DNA of 64,000 bases from an uncultured delta proteobacterium (GTDB taxonomy: Bacteria > Desulfobacterota > Syntrophia > Syntrophales > Smithellaceae): NCBI GenBank assembly GCA_963710575.1, contig CAVQAL010000003.1, positions 319,387 through 383,386 on the forward strand, in the 5' to 3' direction. The notes beneath the pieces are model-generated. The model saw only the letters and a program-made list of their open reading frames with translations. It ran no database searches and was not told the DNA's origin. Below, one piece after another: positions 1 to 9,401 of this stretch (positions within the stretch are counted from its first letter, which is position 1; every line of letters begins with the position of its first letter). The translations under genes were made by a program, and so were the position numbers.

Positions 1-264
1 AATATCTAAAGTGTCGCCTAGTTTGACTACCGATGCCTGAAACGCCTGCGTTAATTGTTCTCTATCTCCTAAATTACCTTTTATGCCAAAAACTTTAGCT
101 CCAGAGCTGCCGATTTCATTTGCTATTGCATCAATCTGGTCAGTTATGTCGATAATTGCGACCTCAGCGCCTGCTTCGTGTAGTCCTTCGACCAAACCTC
201 TGCCTAACCCGCTGGCACCGCCTGTCACTATTGCTTTCTTTCCAGTCAAATCAAACATATTCAT
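1..264 (-). CDS. Short-chain dehydrogenase/reductase (5' part; runs off the left edge)
   Basis: Manual translation MNMFDLTGKKAIVTGGASGLGRGLVEGL, with TGxxxGxG Rossmann motif; AGGAAGG RBS upstream; not in ORF track because truncated. Confidence 0.85.
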   Translation of the reverse strand, partial: MNMFDLTGKKAIVTGGASGLGRGLVEGLHEAGAEVAIIDITDQIDAIANEIGSSGAKVFGIKGNLGDREQLTQAFQASVVKLGDTLDI

Positions 265-355
265 AACAATCTACCTTCCTTATTTAGATGACCCAATATC
301 TCTAAAAAAAACTTTTCCCTCTTTTCCAACGGATCATGCATTTGCCTGTGCATTT

Positions 356-1486
356 TTATTTGATCATTTCCGTAAAACTTTGAATTCTATTTCTGATTTG
401 TTCCGCCGAATCCATTTTTTGTTCGATTTCCAAATACAGCGTGGGAATCCCGGCAGCTTCAAGTTCCTTCTTGTATATTGGATAGTCAAATTCTTCAGGA
501 TTACAGAACTTCATCATACAAACCACCACCCCGTCGGCATGATTATCCCTGACTAATTCAATTAGCAGTTGTCCATGTTTCTTTTCTTCATCGTATAAGA
601 GGGAGCAGCCGTCATGATCCGCAATCCGGTAGGCCAACCTTTCGAGCGCCGTTCCTTCGCTGCGGGCGCACGTTCTGAACTGTCTTGACTCATGCGCCAG
701 ATCGTCGGCAACAAAAACCATCTTGTTTTCGACAAAAGCATCAAGCAATGCATTCGTTTCTGCAAGAATTCCTGTAATGACCATTTTTATACCATCAAAA
801 TTTTCTGCCGGAAGCTTTTTCAATTCTTCCATGAGTTCTTTAACTTTGGCGGTATAGTGGCTTTTGTCCATGAAATATGCTGCCTTGATAATTAAGTGGC
901 GCGTTTTCGCGTTCAACGTTTTAGGATACTTGCCAACAATTGCCGTAAATTGTCGCATGGTTTTCCGATAGTCTTCGTAAATGGCGATACTGTTTTCCAG
1001 ATCTTGCTCGGTTATTTTTCTGCCGGCGACAGTTTCAAACTCTTTTTTCACCCTTTTATATTCATCGATTAGATAGGCAATCCCGGCAGCAATTTTTCTA
1101 TGTTGCGGGTAAACAATGGGGATCAAATATGTTTTTGGAACGGCAACCTGCCAGTTATCACAGATACATTTTAGGGTATCACAATAAGTCGGAATAACAA
1201 CAGCAGACAAAAAATCATACATCCCTTTCATGCCTTGCTCAACATTGATGCGCATGATGGAACAACAGAAGCTTTGTAAATACTTGTCCGCCTCTTTGAT
1301 CTCAGTCTGCCCTCCCCAAAGGCCGACAGGCAACAGGCCTGCCGCATAGATGATTTCATCAGGCGTATAATAAGGAAAACATCCTACCGCCTTTTTCCCT
1401 GTTTCCTTCATTGACGCCTTTACAGCTTTTGCCGGATGGTTTGCTGTTTCTTGCAAATCAGCTATGATTTCCCCAATACGATTCAT
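356..1486 (-). CDS. 2-hydroxyacyl-CoA dehydratase family subunit (HgdB/FldC/BcrC-like)
   Basis: Motifs YLQSFCCS, PTYCDTLKC, MMKFCNPEEFDYP and C-terminal RIQSFTEM; overlaps partner subunit by 4 bp. Confidence 0.85.
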   Translation of the reverse strand: MNRIGEIIADLQETANHPAKAVKASMKETGKKAVGCFPYYTPDEIIYAAGLLPVGLWGGQTEIKEADKYLQSFCCSIMRINVEQGMKGMYDFLSAVVIPTYCDTLKCICDNWQVAVPKTYLIPIVYPQHRKIAAGIAYLIDEYKRVKKEFETVAGRKITEQDLENSIAIYEDYRKTMRQFTAIVGKYPKTLNAKTRHLIIKAAYFMDKSHYTAKVKELMEELKKLPAENFDGIKMVITGILAETNALLDAFVENKMVFVADDLAHESRQFRTCARSEGTALERLAYRIADHDGCSLLYDEEKKHGQLLIELVRDNHADGVVVCMMKFCNPEEFDYPIYKKELEAAGIPTLYLEIEQKMDSAEQIRNRIQSFTEMIK

Positions 1487-2709
1487 TGTCCACTAGGCCT
1501 TTCTTTTTTTCTTTGTTCCATCATTTCCATAAAAGCTTCTATTCTTGTTTCATATTGCGCCAGGGAAAATGCCCGCGGATCGGTCTGATCCCCGTCGAAA
1601 ATAACGGACGCCGTACCGGTCTGCTTCTGGACTTGACGTTGCACTTCGTATTGTCTGAAATCCATTAACTTGCAGCTTCTGTTCGAATGATAAATAATGC
1701 CGTCTAAAGAAAAATCTTTCACAATCTGTACGATTTTATTGATTCCATAATTCAGGTTCCTGTTTGCATAATTGGCACTGTAGGCTCTGGCCATAGCATC
1801 CAAATCATCATTGTCATATACGATGGTCCAGGAGTCGGGATATGTCGAGGTGACCATATTGATCCCGTTTTTCCTTAATATTTTGGCTGTATCAGACAAA
1901 TGCGGCCAGCAGGCAATGCCGTCCCACATGATGCGGTATTTTTCTTCCTGATCTCTCCAGGGGCCTTCACCGCGGTCAATTTTCCCCTGCAGTTCTTCCG
2001 CCCAGAGCTTGAAGAGGTCCAGCCCTTCCTGTTTCCCCCTCATACACACGATAACCGCCATGTAATTGAATAAATCGAAGCCATTGAAAGGCGAGGGTTT
2101 TGCTACCGCCAGGGCCGTTGCTTTTTTCCACCACTGGGCCGTCTCTGTGGAAATTTTCATAACATCACGGAAACGGTCGCGATCGAATTTTCTGCCGGTA
2201 ATTCCTTCCAATTGACTGATGGCATTTTCGAACTGGCCCCGGATATATTTGACGCTATGCTCCGGGATCTCGTCTGTATGGTTGAAAGGCGTATCAATTA
2301 GAATCATGGGGATACGCATATCCCGGGCAAGGTTCTCGTACCATTTGATGGCGGTGCTGCAAATGTTGCTGCAGCAAAATATAAAATCCGGCATGGGAAT
2401 ATTGCCGGCAACACTTTCTTTAAGCCTAGTATAGCCCATATTGACCCGTGCGTAAGAACATAAATCCGTTGAATAGCCATTGCTTTCGGCATTGTCGAGA
2501 AACGCCTGGGCATCTTTTCTCGCTCCAATAACCGCCGCATGGTTTTCCGGATAAACTACCTTGATGTCCATGGTTTCCAAAAGCTCTTGGGGGGCAATGG
2601 AGGTGGACCAAGCGACAAGTTCGCCCGCCGCTTTGGCTGCAAAGGCATCTTCATAATGACGGGAAAGCAACTCTCCCAACATTTGTTTTGAAGAAATAGT
2701 CGTATCCAT
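1483..2709 (-). CDS. 2-hydroxyacyl-CoA dehydratase family subunit (HgdA/FldB/BcrB-like)
   Basis: YPENHAA, DLCSYARVN, CCSNICST, HSNRSCK, FDGDQTDPR motifs. Confidence 0.85.
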   Translation of the reverse strand: MDTTISSKQMLGELLSRHYEDAFAAKAAGELVAWSTSIAPQELLETMDIKVVYPENHAAVIGARKDAQAFLDNAESNGYSTDLCSYARVNMGYTRLKESVAGNIPMPDFIFCCSNICSTAIKWYENLARDMRIPMILIDTPFNHTDEIPEHSVKYIRGQFENAISQLEGITGRKFDRDRFRDVMKISTETAQWWKKATALAVAKPSPFNGFDLFNYMAVIVCMRGKQEGLDLFKLWAEELQGKIDRGEGPWRDQEEKYRIMWDGIACWPHLSDTAKILRKNGINMVTSTYPDSWTIVYDNDDLDAMARAYSANYANRNLNYGINKIVQIVKDFSLDGIIYHSNRSCKLMDFRQYEVQRQVQKQTGTASVIFDGDQTDPRAFSLAQYETRIEAFMEMMEQRKKERPSGQ

Positions 2710-2714
2710 ATTTT

Positions 2715-3854
2715 TTATTTCAATAGTTCACGTGAAATGATTAATTTCATAATCTGGTTTGTTCCCTCGTAGATCTGGGTAATTTTTGCATCCCTCATCA
2801 TACGTTCAAAGGGATACTCTCTCATATACCCGTAACCGCCGGCAATCTGGAGTGCATCCGTTGTAATTTTCATCGCCGTGTTGGAGGCAACAAGCTTGGA
2901 CGCCGCGGAAAGATAGCTTTTGTTCGGATCATTAGCATCAATCAGCCTTGCTGCCTGATAAACGAGGCTTCTGGCCGCATCGAGTTCTGCGGCCATATCT
3001 GACAGCATCCAACCTATACCCTGGAATTGGCCGATGGGTTTTCCAAACTGAATCCTTTCTTTTGCGTATTTGATTGCAAGTTCCAGGGCGCCACGTGCAA
3101 CACCACAGGCTTGTGCAGCAATAACAGGCCGTGATGTATCGAGGGTCTGCATAGCATATACAAACCCCTTCCCTTCTATGCCAATAAGGTTTTCTTCTGG
3201 TATCTCGACATCCTCAAAAACCAGTTCTCCTGTAGGTGATCCCTTTATGCCCATCTTTTTTTCCCACTTGCCGATTGAAAATCCCGGCGATTTGGTAGGT
3301 ACAATGAAAGCGCTTATTCCTTTGACACCCTTCGATGCATCCGTCATGGCAAATACCGTGATGAGATCGGCTACCGGACCATTGGTAATGAAACATTTTG
3401 TTCCATTGATTATGTATTTATCACCTTTTTTCACCGCTCGTGTCTTCATAGCCCCGGAATCGGACCCGGCACTTGGTTCAGTCAGTCCATAAGAGATGAT
3501 AACATCTCCAGAAGCTACCATCGGACCATACTTTGCCTTCTGTTCCTCGCCGCCTCCAATCAGGATCGGCTCCCATCCCAACGCCTGACCCTGTACAATC
3601 AGTGATGAGCTGACGCAGGCCCTGGCAATCTCTTCCACGGCAAGACACGTAAACATATGTCCTTGATCGGTGCCGCCATATTTTTCCGGAACCGCCAGTC
3701 CGAGAAGCCCCATGTCTGCAAATATCTTTTTCAAATCCCAGGGAAATTCCTCTGTCTCATCGATCTCCGCGGCCCGGGGCACAACTTTATCATCAACCAT
3801 TTTCCGCAGTTGATCTACAAACAATCTCTGGTCTTTATTATCAAGCAAATACAT
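2715..3854 (-). CDS. Acyl-CoA dehydrogenase (butyryl-CoA dehydrogenase-like)
   Basis: GLTEPSAGSD, GTKCFITNG, GGYGYMREYPFERMMRDAKITQIYEGTNQI. Confidence 0.95.
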   Translation of the reverse strand: MYLLDNKDQRLFVDQLRKMVDDKVVPRAAEIDETEEFPWDLKKIFADMGLLGLAVPEKYGGTDQGHMFTCLAVEEIARACVSSSLIVQGQALGWEPILIGGGEEQKAKYGPMVASGDVIISYGLTEPSAGSDSGAMKTRAVKKGDKYIINGTKCFITNGPVADLITVFAMTDASKGVKGISAFIVPTKSPGFSIGKWEKKMGIKGSPTGELVFEDVEIPEENLIGIEGKGFVYAMQTLDTSRPVIAAQACGVARGALELAIKYAKERIQFGKPIGQFQGIGWMLSDMAAELDAARSLVYQAARLIDANDPNKSYLSAASKLVASNTAMKITTDALQIAGGYGYMREYPFERMMRDAKITQIYEGTNQIMKLIISRELLK

Positions 3855-3908
3855 AACCTTTTCTCCTCACTTTTTTAGAATTACAAGTATAATACTACTG
3901 TTTTCTTT

Positions 3909-5360
3909 TTATCCTTTAATCCCGGCAATTTCTTTAGCCAGTTTTTTCTTTTGTTCCAGATTGCCCTGGCGTGAAATCATAATTCGCTGAGCCTGCGGCG
4001 AACCCGCGCCATGCATGGATTCCGTACGATAGCCTACTGCGGCTGTGCCTAAAGTAATATTCTCCACCAATCTTAAAATGCGGCAGCGATTCTCCGTGGA
4101 TACCGAAGCGACTCCTTTAAAATATTTTTCGACTAATTTGCCGATTTCCGGGTGACGTAAATCTTTTTCCGAACCCATTGTGACCATTAATCCACCGGCA
4201 ATATCTTCGGCCAGCCGTGATATTTCATAAGGAAACCTGGTAACGTTCTGTTTGCAGACATTGGCCAGCAATAAATCAATCAGGTAGTTGCCGGAAGCGG
4301 TCTTATGTCCCTGCGCAGAGCAGGCGATGCCACAGGAGTAAAGAGTTTCGTTCAGATGTATCATTTCAATCAGTTTATCTTTGACGTGTGATGCTTTGGA
4401 AGCGCCATTGTAATCGGCAGCCAGAGCAGCCGCGCCAATGAGCACGTCGCCGACGCCGACTTTGCATCCGCCGTAACTCTGGCGATGATATCCGGCAAAG
4501 CGTTCCACCAAAGCGCCGCTAAATTCATATTCGCCGCACATAAGTACGTTTTCCCAGGGAACAAACAAATTATCAAAAACCATAAGAGCCTCATGGCCGC
4601 CGAACTGCCGGTTGCCCACGTCTATTTCACAGCCTTCCAGTTTTCGAGTATCGCAGGATTGCCGGCCATAAATATAGGATATGCCTTCCGCGTCGGCAGG
4701 CGCGACAAAAGAAAGGGCGTAATCGGCATCTTCTTTGGTCATGGCGATAGTCGGCATCACCAGAATCCAGTGGGAATTGATGGCTCCTGTCTGGTGCGCT
4801 TTGGCGCCCCGAACGACAATGCCATCTTTTCTTTTTTCCACGACATGTGTATAGAGATCGGGATCGGCCTGCTTGCTGGGAGACAGGCTGCGATCTCCTT
4901 TGGGATCAGTCATAGCGCCGTCAACGACGAGATCTTCTTCCTGGATCATTTTAAGAAATTTGATAAAACGATCATGATACTTAGTGCCCAGTTTTTCATC
5001 CATTTCGAATGTTACGCTGTCCACGGCATTGATGGCATCCATCCCAACACAGCGCTGAAAACAGGAACCTGTTTTCTGTCCCAGCAGGCGCTGCATTTTT
5101 ACTTTCTTAATCAGGTCTTCAGTACTTTGGTGCAGGTGGCAGAACCGGTTTATTTTTTCCCCTGTCAGATGGGATTTCGCCGTCATCAGATCTTCATGCT
5201 GGGGATCTTGAGCTAAAGCGTAGGTCATTTTTACGGAATTCATGGATGGCCTTATAATAGGATTATCCACCGGGTTTTTAACCAGTTCGCCCAGCAGATA
5301 GACTTTAAAATTCATTTTACGTAGGCTTTCTTCATATTGTTCAGCAGTTTTTAATGCCAT
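3909..5360 (-). CDS. abfD: 4-hydroxybutyryl-CoA dehydratase / vinylacetyl-CoA isomerase
   Basis: SCFQRCVGMDA and GYHRQSYGGCKVG carry the [4Fe-4S] Cys/His ligands of AbfD; C-terminal ESMHGAGSPQAQR. Confidence 0.9.
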   Translation of the reverse strand: MALKTAEQYEESLRKMNFKVYLLGELVKNPVDNPIIRPSMNSVKMTYALAQDPQHEDLMTAKSHLTGEKINRFCHLHQSTEDLIKKVKMQRLLGQKTGSCFQRCVGMDAINAVDSVTFEMDEKLGTKYHDRFIKFLKMIQEEDLVVDGAMTDPKGDRSLSPSKQADPDLYTHVVEKRKDGIVVRGAKAHQTGAINSHWILVMPTIAMTKEDADYALSFVAPADAEGISYIYGRQSCDTRKLEGCEIDVGNRQFGGHEALMVFDNLFVPWENVLMCGEYEFSGALVERFAGYHRQSYGGCKVGVGDVLIGAAALAADYNGASKASHVKDKLIEMIHLNETLYSCGIACSAQGHKTASGNYLIDLLLANVCKQNVTRFPYEISRLAEDIAGGLMVTMGSEKDLRHPEIGKLVEKYFKGVASVSTENRCRILRLVENITLGTAAVGYRTESMHGAGSPQAQRIMISRQGNLEQKKKLAKEIAGIKG

Positions 5361-5378
5361 TCTATTTGTACCTCGACC

Positions 5379-6476
5379 TTATATTTGTTTTCTTTCCATA
5401 CCCTCTTCGTCAGCGATCTTGATCGAAGCAAGAACTAACTCGGGTGTTACAGGCATCAGCTCATTGTGAATGGTTTCTTTCGCGGCACAGGCAATCGAGG
5501 CTGCCTTCTCCAAGTCCTCATCAGACGCACCATCCAGACCGAGCGCAGCCAGTGTCGTGGGTAAATCAACCGACTCGCAAAATGAATACACCTCATCTAT
5601 CACGCTTGCTGGTTTGTCTGTCATGAACAGAGAGGCCAGCACGCCAAAGGCAACTTTCTCCCCATGGTAATATGCATGACCTTTATCGAGGGCATTGAGC
5701 CCGTCCTGTATAGCATGGGCAGCCGCAAGGCCGGCACTCTCAAAACCGATGCCACTCAATAGTGTGTTGGCTTCAACAACATGTTCAAGCGCCGGGATGA
5801 CGACATGTTGTCTGCAAGCCATCTTCGCGGAAAGACCGTATTCCATAAGAGTTTCATAACAAAGACGAGCCAAAGCCTGGGCTGTCATGGAACTATGGGC
5901 CCTCACCATGTTTTTTGCATATTTCATTCTGCACGATTCTGACTCAAACCACGTAGCTAATGCATCCCCCATACCTGCAATCAGGAACCTCTCAGGGGCT
6001 TTTGCAATAATATTCGTATCGACAAGCACGACGTCTGGATTCCGTCGAAGCATGAGCACGCGCTTGATACGTCCTGTATCCGGTCGATAGATGACCGACA
6101 GGGAACTGCAGGGAGCATCAGTCGATGCCACCGTCGGTGCTATAATGACGGGAACGTCCATCTCATGAGCTACTGCTTTCGCTGTATCGAGTGTTTTCCC
6201 TCCACCAATGCCTATTACAACATCGCAGGCCTCCTTGCCTGCTATCGCCATTAATCGTGTAATCTCTTCATCAGAACATTCCCCTGCAAATTTCTCGACC
6301 ACCACTGGAATTACTTCTTTTATTGAAGCATGGATACCGGGTATGACCTTTTCACATACCGAGGGACTACAGATAATGGTGCCTTTCTTTCCATAGCGCG
6401 GTATCAGTTCCTTTAGCTCTTTAATAGCGTCGTAGCCCTGTATGTACTTTCCGGGAAATAATGTAGCTGTGATCAT
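5379..6476 (-). CDS. gldA: Glycerol dehydrogenase-like iron/zinc-containing alcohol dehydrogenase
   Basis: GIGGGKTLDTAK, PTVASTDAPCS, GMGDALATWFE, AAAHAI, HGEKVAFG. Confidence 0.85.
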   Translation of the reverse strand: MITATLFPGKYIQGYDAIKELKELIPRYGKKGTIICSPSVCEKVIPGIHASIKEVIPVVVEKFAGECSDEEITRLMAIAGKEACDVVIGIGGGKTLDTAKAVAHEMDVPVIIAPTVASTDAPCSSLSVIYRPDTGRIKRVLMLRRNPDVVLVDTNIIAKAPERFLIAGMGDALATWFESESCRMKYAKNMVRAHSSMTAQALARLCYETLMEYGLSAKMACRQHVVIPALEHVVEANTLLSGIGFESAGLAAAHAIQDGLNALDKGHAYYHGEKVAFGVLASLFMTDKPASVIDEVYSFCESVDLPTTLAALGLDGASDEDLEKAASIACAAKETIHNELMPVTPELVLASIKIADEEGMERKQI

Positions 6477-6634
6477 CTTACGATGGTTTTCCTTTTCTGA
6501 TATACTTCATCGTTCCGTTTTATCCTTTTATCCGCGCTAGTTTTCATGAAACTTTTGAGAGTTCATGATACTCTCCCCCTTTTACAAAAAAAAGGGGGGG
6601 AGTATCACCTGGTAAGATTTAACTGCTTTTGCAT

Positions 6635-7321
6635 TTATTGAACCAGGAGAAGGAATTCATCATGAGTCACTGGGTGTGAGAAAGTCGGGAAATTTTCCTT
6701 TACAGTAAAATCTTGAACCGCCTGTGATCCGGCTGCAGTAACGTCAGTCATAGTAAAAACATTGTAACCTCTTTCATAAGCTGAGCGCATGGTGGACTCG
6801 ACGCAGATATTGGTGACAAAACCGGCGAGAGCTACGTTCTTGATACCCATCGCCCGCAAAATAAAATCAAGGTTTGTGGTACTAAAAGCATCAGGAGCGC
6901 GCTTGCCTTCGATGATAACATCACCCTTAACCGGTGTTAATTCATCGACAATCTTCGTGTTCCACGTATTTTTCTTGAATGCTCCGACAGACTTCACGTA
7001 TCCACCGACACCATAAGCTTTAGGTCCCACTTCACAAACATCAGTTGCGAACCAAATGGGTACATGCATGATTGTGATGCCCTTTTCGCGCGCTTTTGCA
7101 ACCAGGTCAACGGCATTGGCAAGAACATTGTTTTTGTCCACCACGGGTTTTAACCATTCATAATTCTTTCCACCGGGCTTGAGCATCTCATTCTGGAATT
7201 CGATCAACACGACTGCAGTTTCACTGGCTTTTATTTTTTCCAACTTTTCTGCAGCAAATACCGCCGTGGAAAAGAAAAGCAGACACAGACCAACTAACAC
7301 ACACGAAATTGTTTTCTTCAT
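6635..7321 (-). CDS. Isochorismatase-family cysteine hydrolase with signal peptide (copy 1)
   Basis: VLIEFQNE / GKRAPDAF / GFVTNICVEST triad positions; N-terminal MKK + hydrophobic stretch + AVFA cleavage site. Confidence 0.85.
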   Translation of the reverse strand: MKKTISCVLVGLCLLFFSTAVFAAEKLEKIKASETAVVLIEFQNEMLKPGGKNYEWLKPVVDKNNVLANAVDLVAKAREKGITIMHVPIWFATDVCEVGPKAYGVGGYVKSVGAFKKNTWNTKIVDELTPVKGDVIIEGKRAPDAFSTTNLDFILRAMGIKNVALAGFVTNICVESTMRSAYERGYNVFTMTDVTAAGSQAVQDFTVKENFPTFSHPVTHDEFLLLVQ

Positions 7322-7455
7322 TATTTGTTCCTCCTTGTTTTGATATGAACTTCACTTTTATTTTATTATACGCTACAGCATGTGGCAATAAAGTCACTTT
7401 TTTGTTATCTACTTAAACAGTTATACGCTTAGCTTAACACCTATGCCCCCTTTAT

Positions 7456-7471
7456 GAAGCAAGCTTCGGGG
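7456..7471. repeat. GCAAGC-centred hairpin (IS200/IS605-end or REP-like), copy 1
   Basis: gaagcaagcttcgggg; related to 8521-8540 and 21094-21113. Confidence 0.45.
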
Positions 7472-7509
7472 TGGGGATATCGCCCAGTAAGAGTTAACTG
7501 CTTTTGCCT

Positions 7510-8199
7510 TTATTTCATAATCAAGCCCAAGAATTCTTTATGAGTCATTGGGTGTGAAAAAGTCGGGAAATTTTCCTTTACAGTAAAATCTTGAACCGCC
7601 TGTGATCCGGCTGCAGTAACGTCAGTCATAGTAAAAACATTGTAACCTTTTTCATAAGCTGTACGCATGGTGGACTCGACGCAGATATTGGTGACAAAAC
7701 CGGCGAGAGCTACGTTCTTGATACCCATCGCCCGCAAAACAAAATCAAGGTTTGTGCTAAAAAAAGCATCAGGAGCGCGCTTGCCTTCGATGATAACATC
7801 ACCCTTAACCGGTGTTAATTCATCGACAATCTTCGTGTTCCACGTATCTTTCTTGAATGCTCCGACAGACTTCACGTATCCACCGACACCATAAGCGTTA
7901 GGTCCCACTTCACAAACATCAGTTGCAAACCAAATGGGTACATGCATGATTGTGATACCCTTTGCGCGCGCCTTTTTAACCAGATCAACGGCATTGGCAA
8001 GAACATTGTTTTTGTCCACCACGGGTTTTAACCATTCATAATTCTTTCCACCGGGCTTGAGCATCTCATTCTGGAATTCGATCAACACGACTGCAGTTTC
8101 ACTGGCTTTTATTTTTTCCACCTTTTCTGCAGCAAATACCGCCGTGGAAAAGAAAAGCAGACACAGACCCATTAACACACACAACATTGTTCTCTTCAT
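7510..8199 (-). CDS. Isochorismatase-family cysteine hydrolase with signal peptide (copy 2)
   Basis: Near-identical paralog of 6635..7321. Confidence 0.85.
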   Translation of the reverse strand: MKRTMLCVLMGLCLLFFSTAVFAAEKVEKIKASETAVVLIEFQNEMLKPGGKNYEWLKPVVDKNNVLANAVDLVKKARAKGITIMHVPIWFATDVCEVGPNAYGVGGYVKSVGAFKKDTWNTKIVDELTPVKGDVIIEGKRAPDAFFSTNLDFVLRAMGIKNVALAGFVTNICVESTMRTAYEKGYNVFTMTDVTAAGSQAVQDFTVKENFPTFSHPMTHKEFLGLIMK

Positions 8200-8271
8200 T
8201 ATTTGTTCCTCCTTGTTTTGATATGAACTTCACTTTTTATTATACGCTGCTGCATATTGATTGCATTAAAA

Positions 8272-8287
8272 AGCAAGACGTATGCCA
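8272..8287 (-). promoter_or_regulatory. sigma54 -24/-12 promoter for the hydrolase-gldA-abfD operon
   Basis: Minus strand TGGCATACGTCTTGCT = GG-N10-GC. Confidence 0.85.
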
Positions 8288-8289
8288 TG

Positions 8290-8498
8290 TTAAAAAAGAT
8301 GCAATATCGATCGATGATATTATAAAGGAATGGTATCTGATATTGTTGAATAGATTGATCTTATTTGATATTGATGCATCGATATTTTGTTCATATTTAC
8401 AATTGGAGAATTGTTATATTAATAAATAGATTGATCAGTTTATGAGCCCTTTTGCTTTTTTTGTATAATTTTTGAGCATTTTCCAGTTTTTCATTATT
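8290..8498. repeat. Duplicate of 10310-10526 (enhancer region plus last ~21 codons of the EBP gene, frameshifted)
   Basis: Near-identical sequence; T7 versus T6 run near 8456 shifts the frame. Confidence 0.9.
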
Positions 8499-8520
8499 TG
8501 CAGGCATGAAAAATAAACAA

Positions 8521-8540
8521 CCCCTCCGCAAGCGACGGGG
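8521..8540. repeat. GCAAGC-centred hairpin, copy 2
   Basis: cccctccgcaagcgacgggg, about 20 bp from the duplication breakpoint. Confidence 0.5.
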
Positions 8541-8624
8541 ACTTTAACCATAGAGACTAAAACAAATACACGAAGTTCCGGATGCTTTTTTGAATACGAG
8601 GGCTTTGCAGTACCCCCCCTAATC

Positions 8625-8746
8625 GTCATACCGGCGGAGGCCTGTATCCAGGACATCTCCTGAGCCAGCCGAAGAAAACCATTGCTAATACTGGATTCAC
8701 CCTGAAGGGCACTTCGCCGTGTCGCGCTTCGCTTGTACGGAATGAC
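8625..8746. repeat. GTCAT...ATGAC palindromic REP/RPE-like element, copy 1
   Basis: gtcatacc..tatccag..ctggattc..gtgtcgcgcttcgcttgtacggaatgac; shared with 40054-40154. Confidence 0.75.
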
Positions 8747-8833
8747 AATATTCTTAGTTTTATATGTCTGTGCAAAACTCTCGCATGCAAGATTAATCTG
8801 AATATGTTTTAATAAAAAATAATGTATTCAGAT

Positions 8834-9292
8834 TTAGAAAAAAATCATAGTTAGTGCCTGCGCGATACAAGCCGGTTTTTCTTGTCCCTCTATCTCTATC
8901 GTATGTGTTTGAGTCATCAGTATTCGGTTATCAGGCTTTGGTTCCAATAATGAAAGGACAATGCGGTCGCGGATTTTTGCACCGGAAATAACGGGATTGA
9001 TAAACCGCACTTTATCGAGGCCATAATTGATTAACATCTTTGACCCTTCAAATTTGAGAGGTACCTGGTAGCTGAAAAAGGGCAAATGGGAGAGCGTGAG
9101 AAACCCATGTGCAATGGTTTTGCCGAAAGGTCCTTTAGTCGCTTTTTCCATGTCCACATGAATCCACTGATGATCTTTTGTGCTGTCGGCAAATTGATTA
9201 ATCTGCTCCTGTGTGACCTGTGTCCAGTCCGAAAGAAATATTTCCCACCCAATCAATTTTTCCATATCCTTCAATACTTCTGCTACAGACAT
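8834..9292 (-). CDS. MaoC-like (R)-specific enoyl-CoA hydratase
   Basis: FADSTKDHQWIHVD, TIAHGFLTLS, NYGLDKVRF. Confidence 0.9.
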   Translation of the reverse strand: MSVAEVLKDMEKLIGWEIFLSDWTQVTQEQINQFADSTKDHQWIHVDMEKATKGPFGKTIAHGFLTLSHLPFFSYQVPLKFEGSKMLINYGLDKVRFINPVISGAKIRDRIVLSLLEPKPDNRILMTQTHTIEIEGQEKPACIAQALTMIFF

Positions 9293-9401
9293 GATTGCCT
9301 TTCTCCCTTCTCATTATTATTCCAATACGAACATAGTAACAGGCCGTTGATGAATTCGACGACCTGTTGCTGTTTTTATTGTCGGCTTAAAATACCAGTG
9401 C

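Larger units (their letters stand above)
6603..8250. repeat. Tandem duplication (about 6603-7375 and 7478-8250) covering the hydrolase gene plus its flanks
   Basis: Long identical runs, including downstream 'ttaactgcttttgc' and upstream 'ttatttgttcctccttgttttgatatgaacttcacttt'. Confidence 0.9.

Noticed and set aside
356-2709. Call as class I benzoyl-CoA reductase
   Set aside because: Same protein family, but no ATP-binding BcrA/D subunits or ring-cleavage (dch/had/oah) genes in the window; left as 2-hydroxyacyl-CoA dehydratase family
6568-6605. Strong hairpin between hydrolase copy 1 and gldA as an operon terminator
   Set aside because: No U-tract follows the stem on the coding (minus) strand; it may be an mRNA stability element, so not called
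8435-8656. 73-aa ORF ending like the EBP
   Set aside because: Chimeric reading through a REP-like palindrome into a frameshifted duplicate of the EBP 3' end; not a real gene
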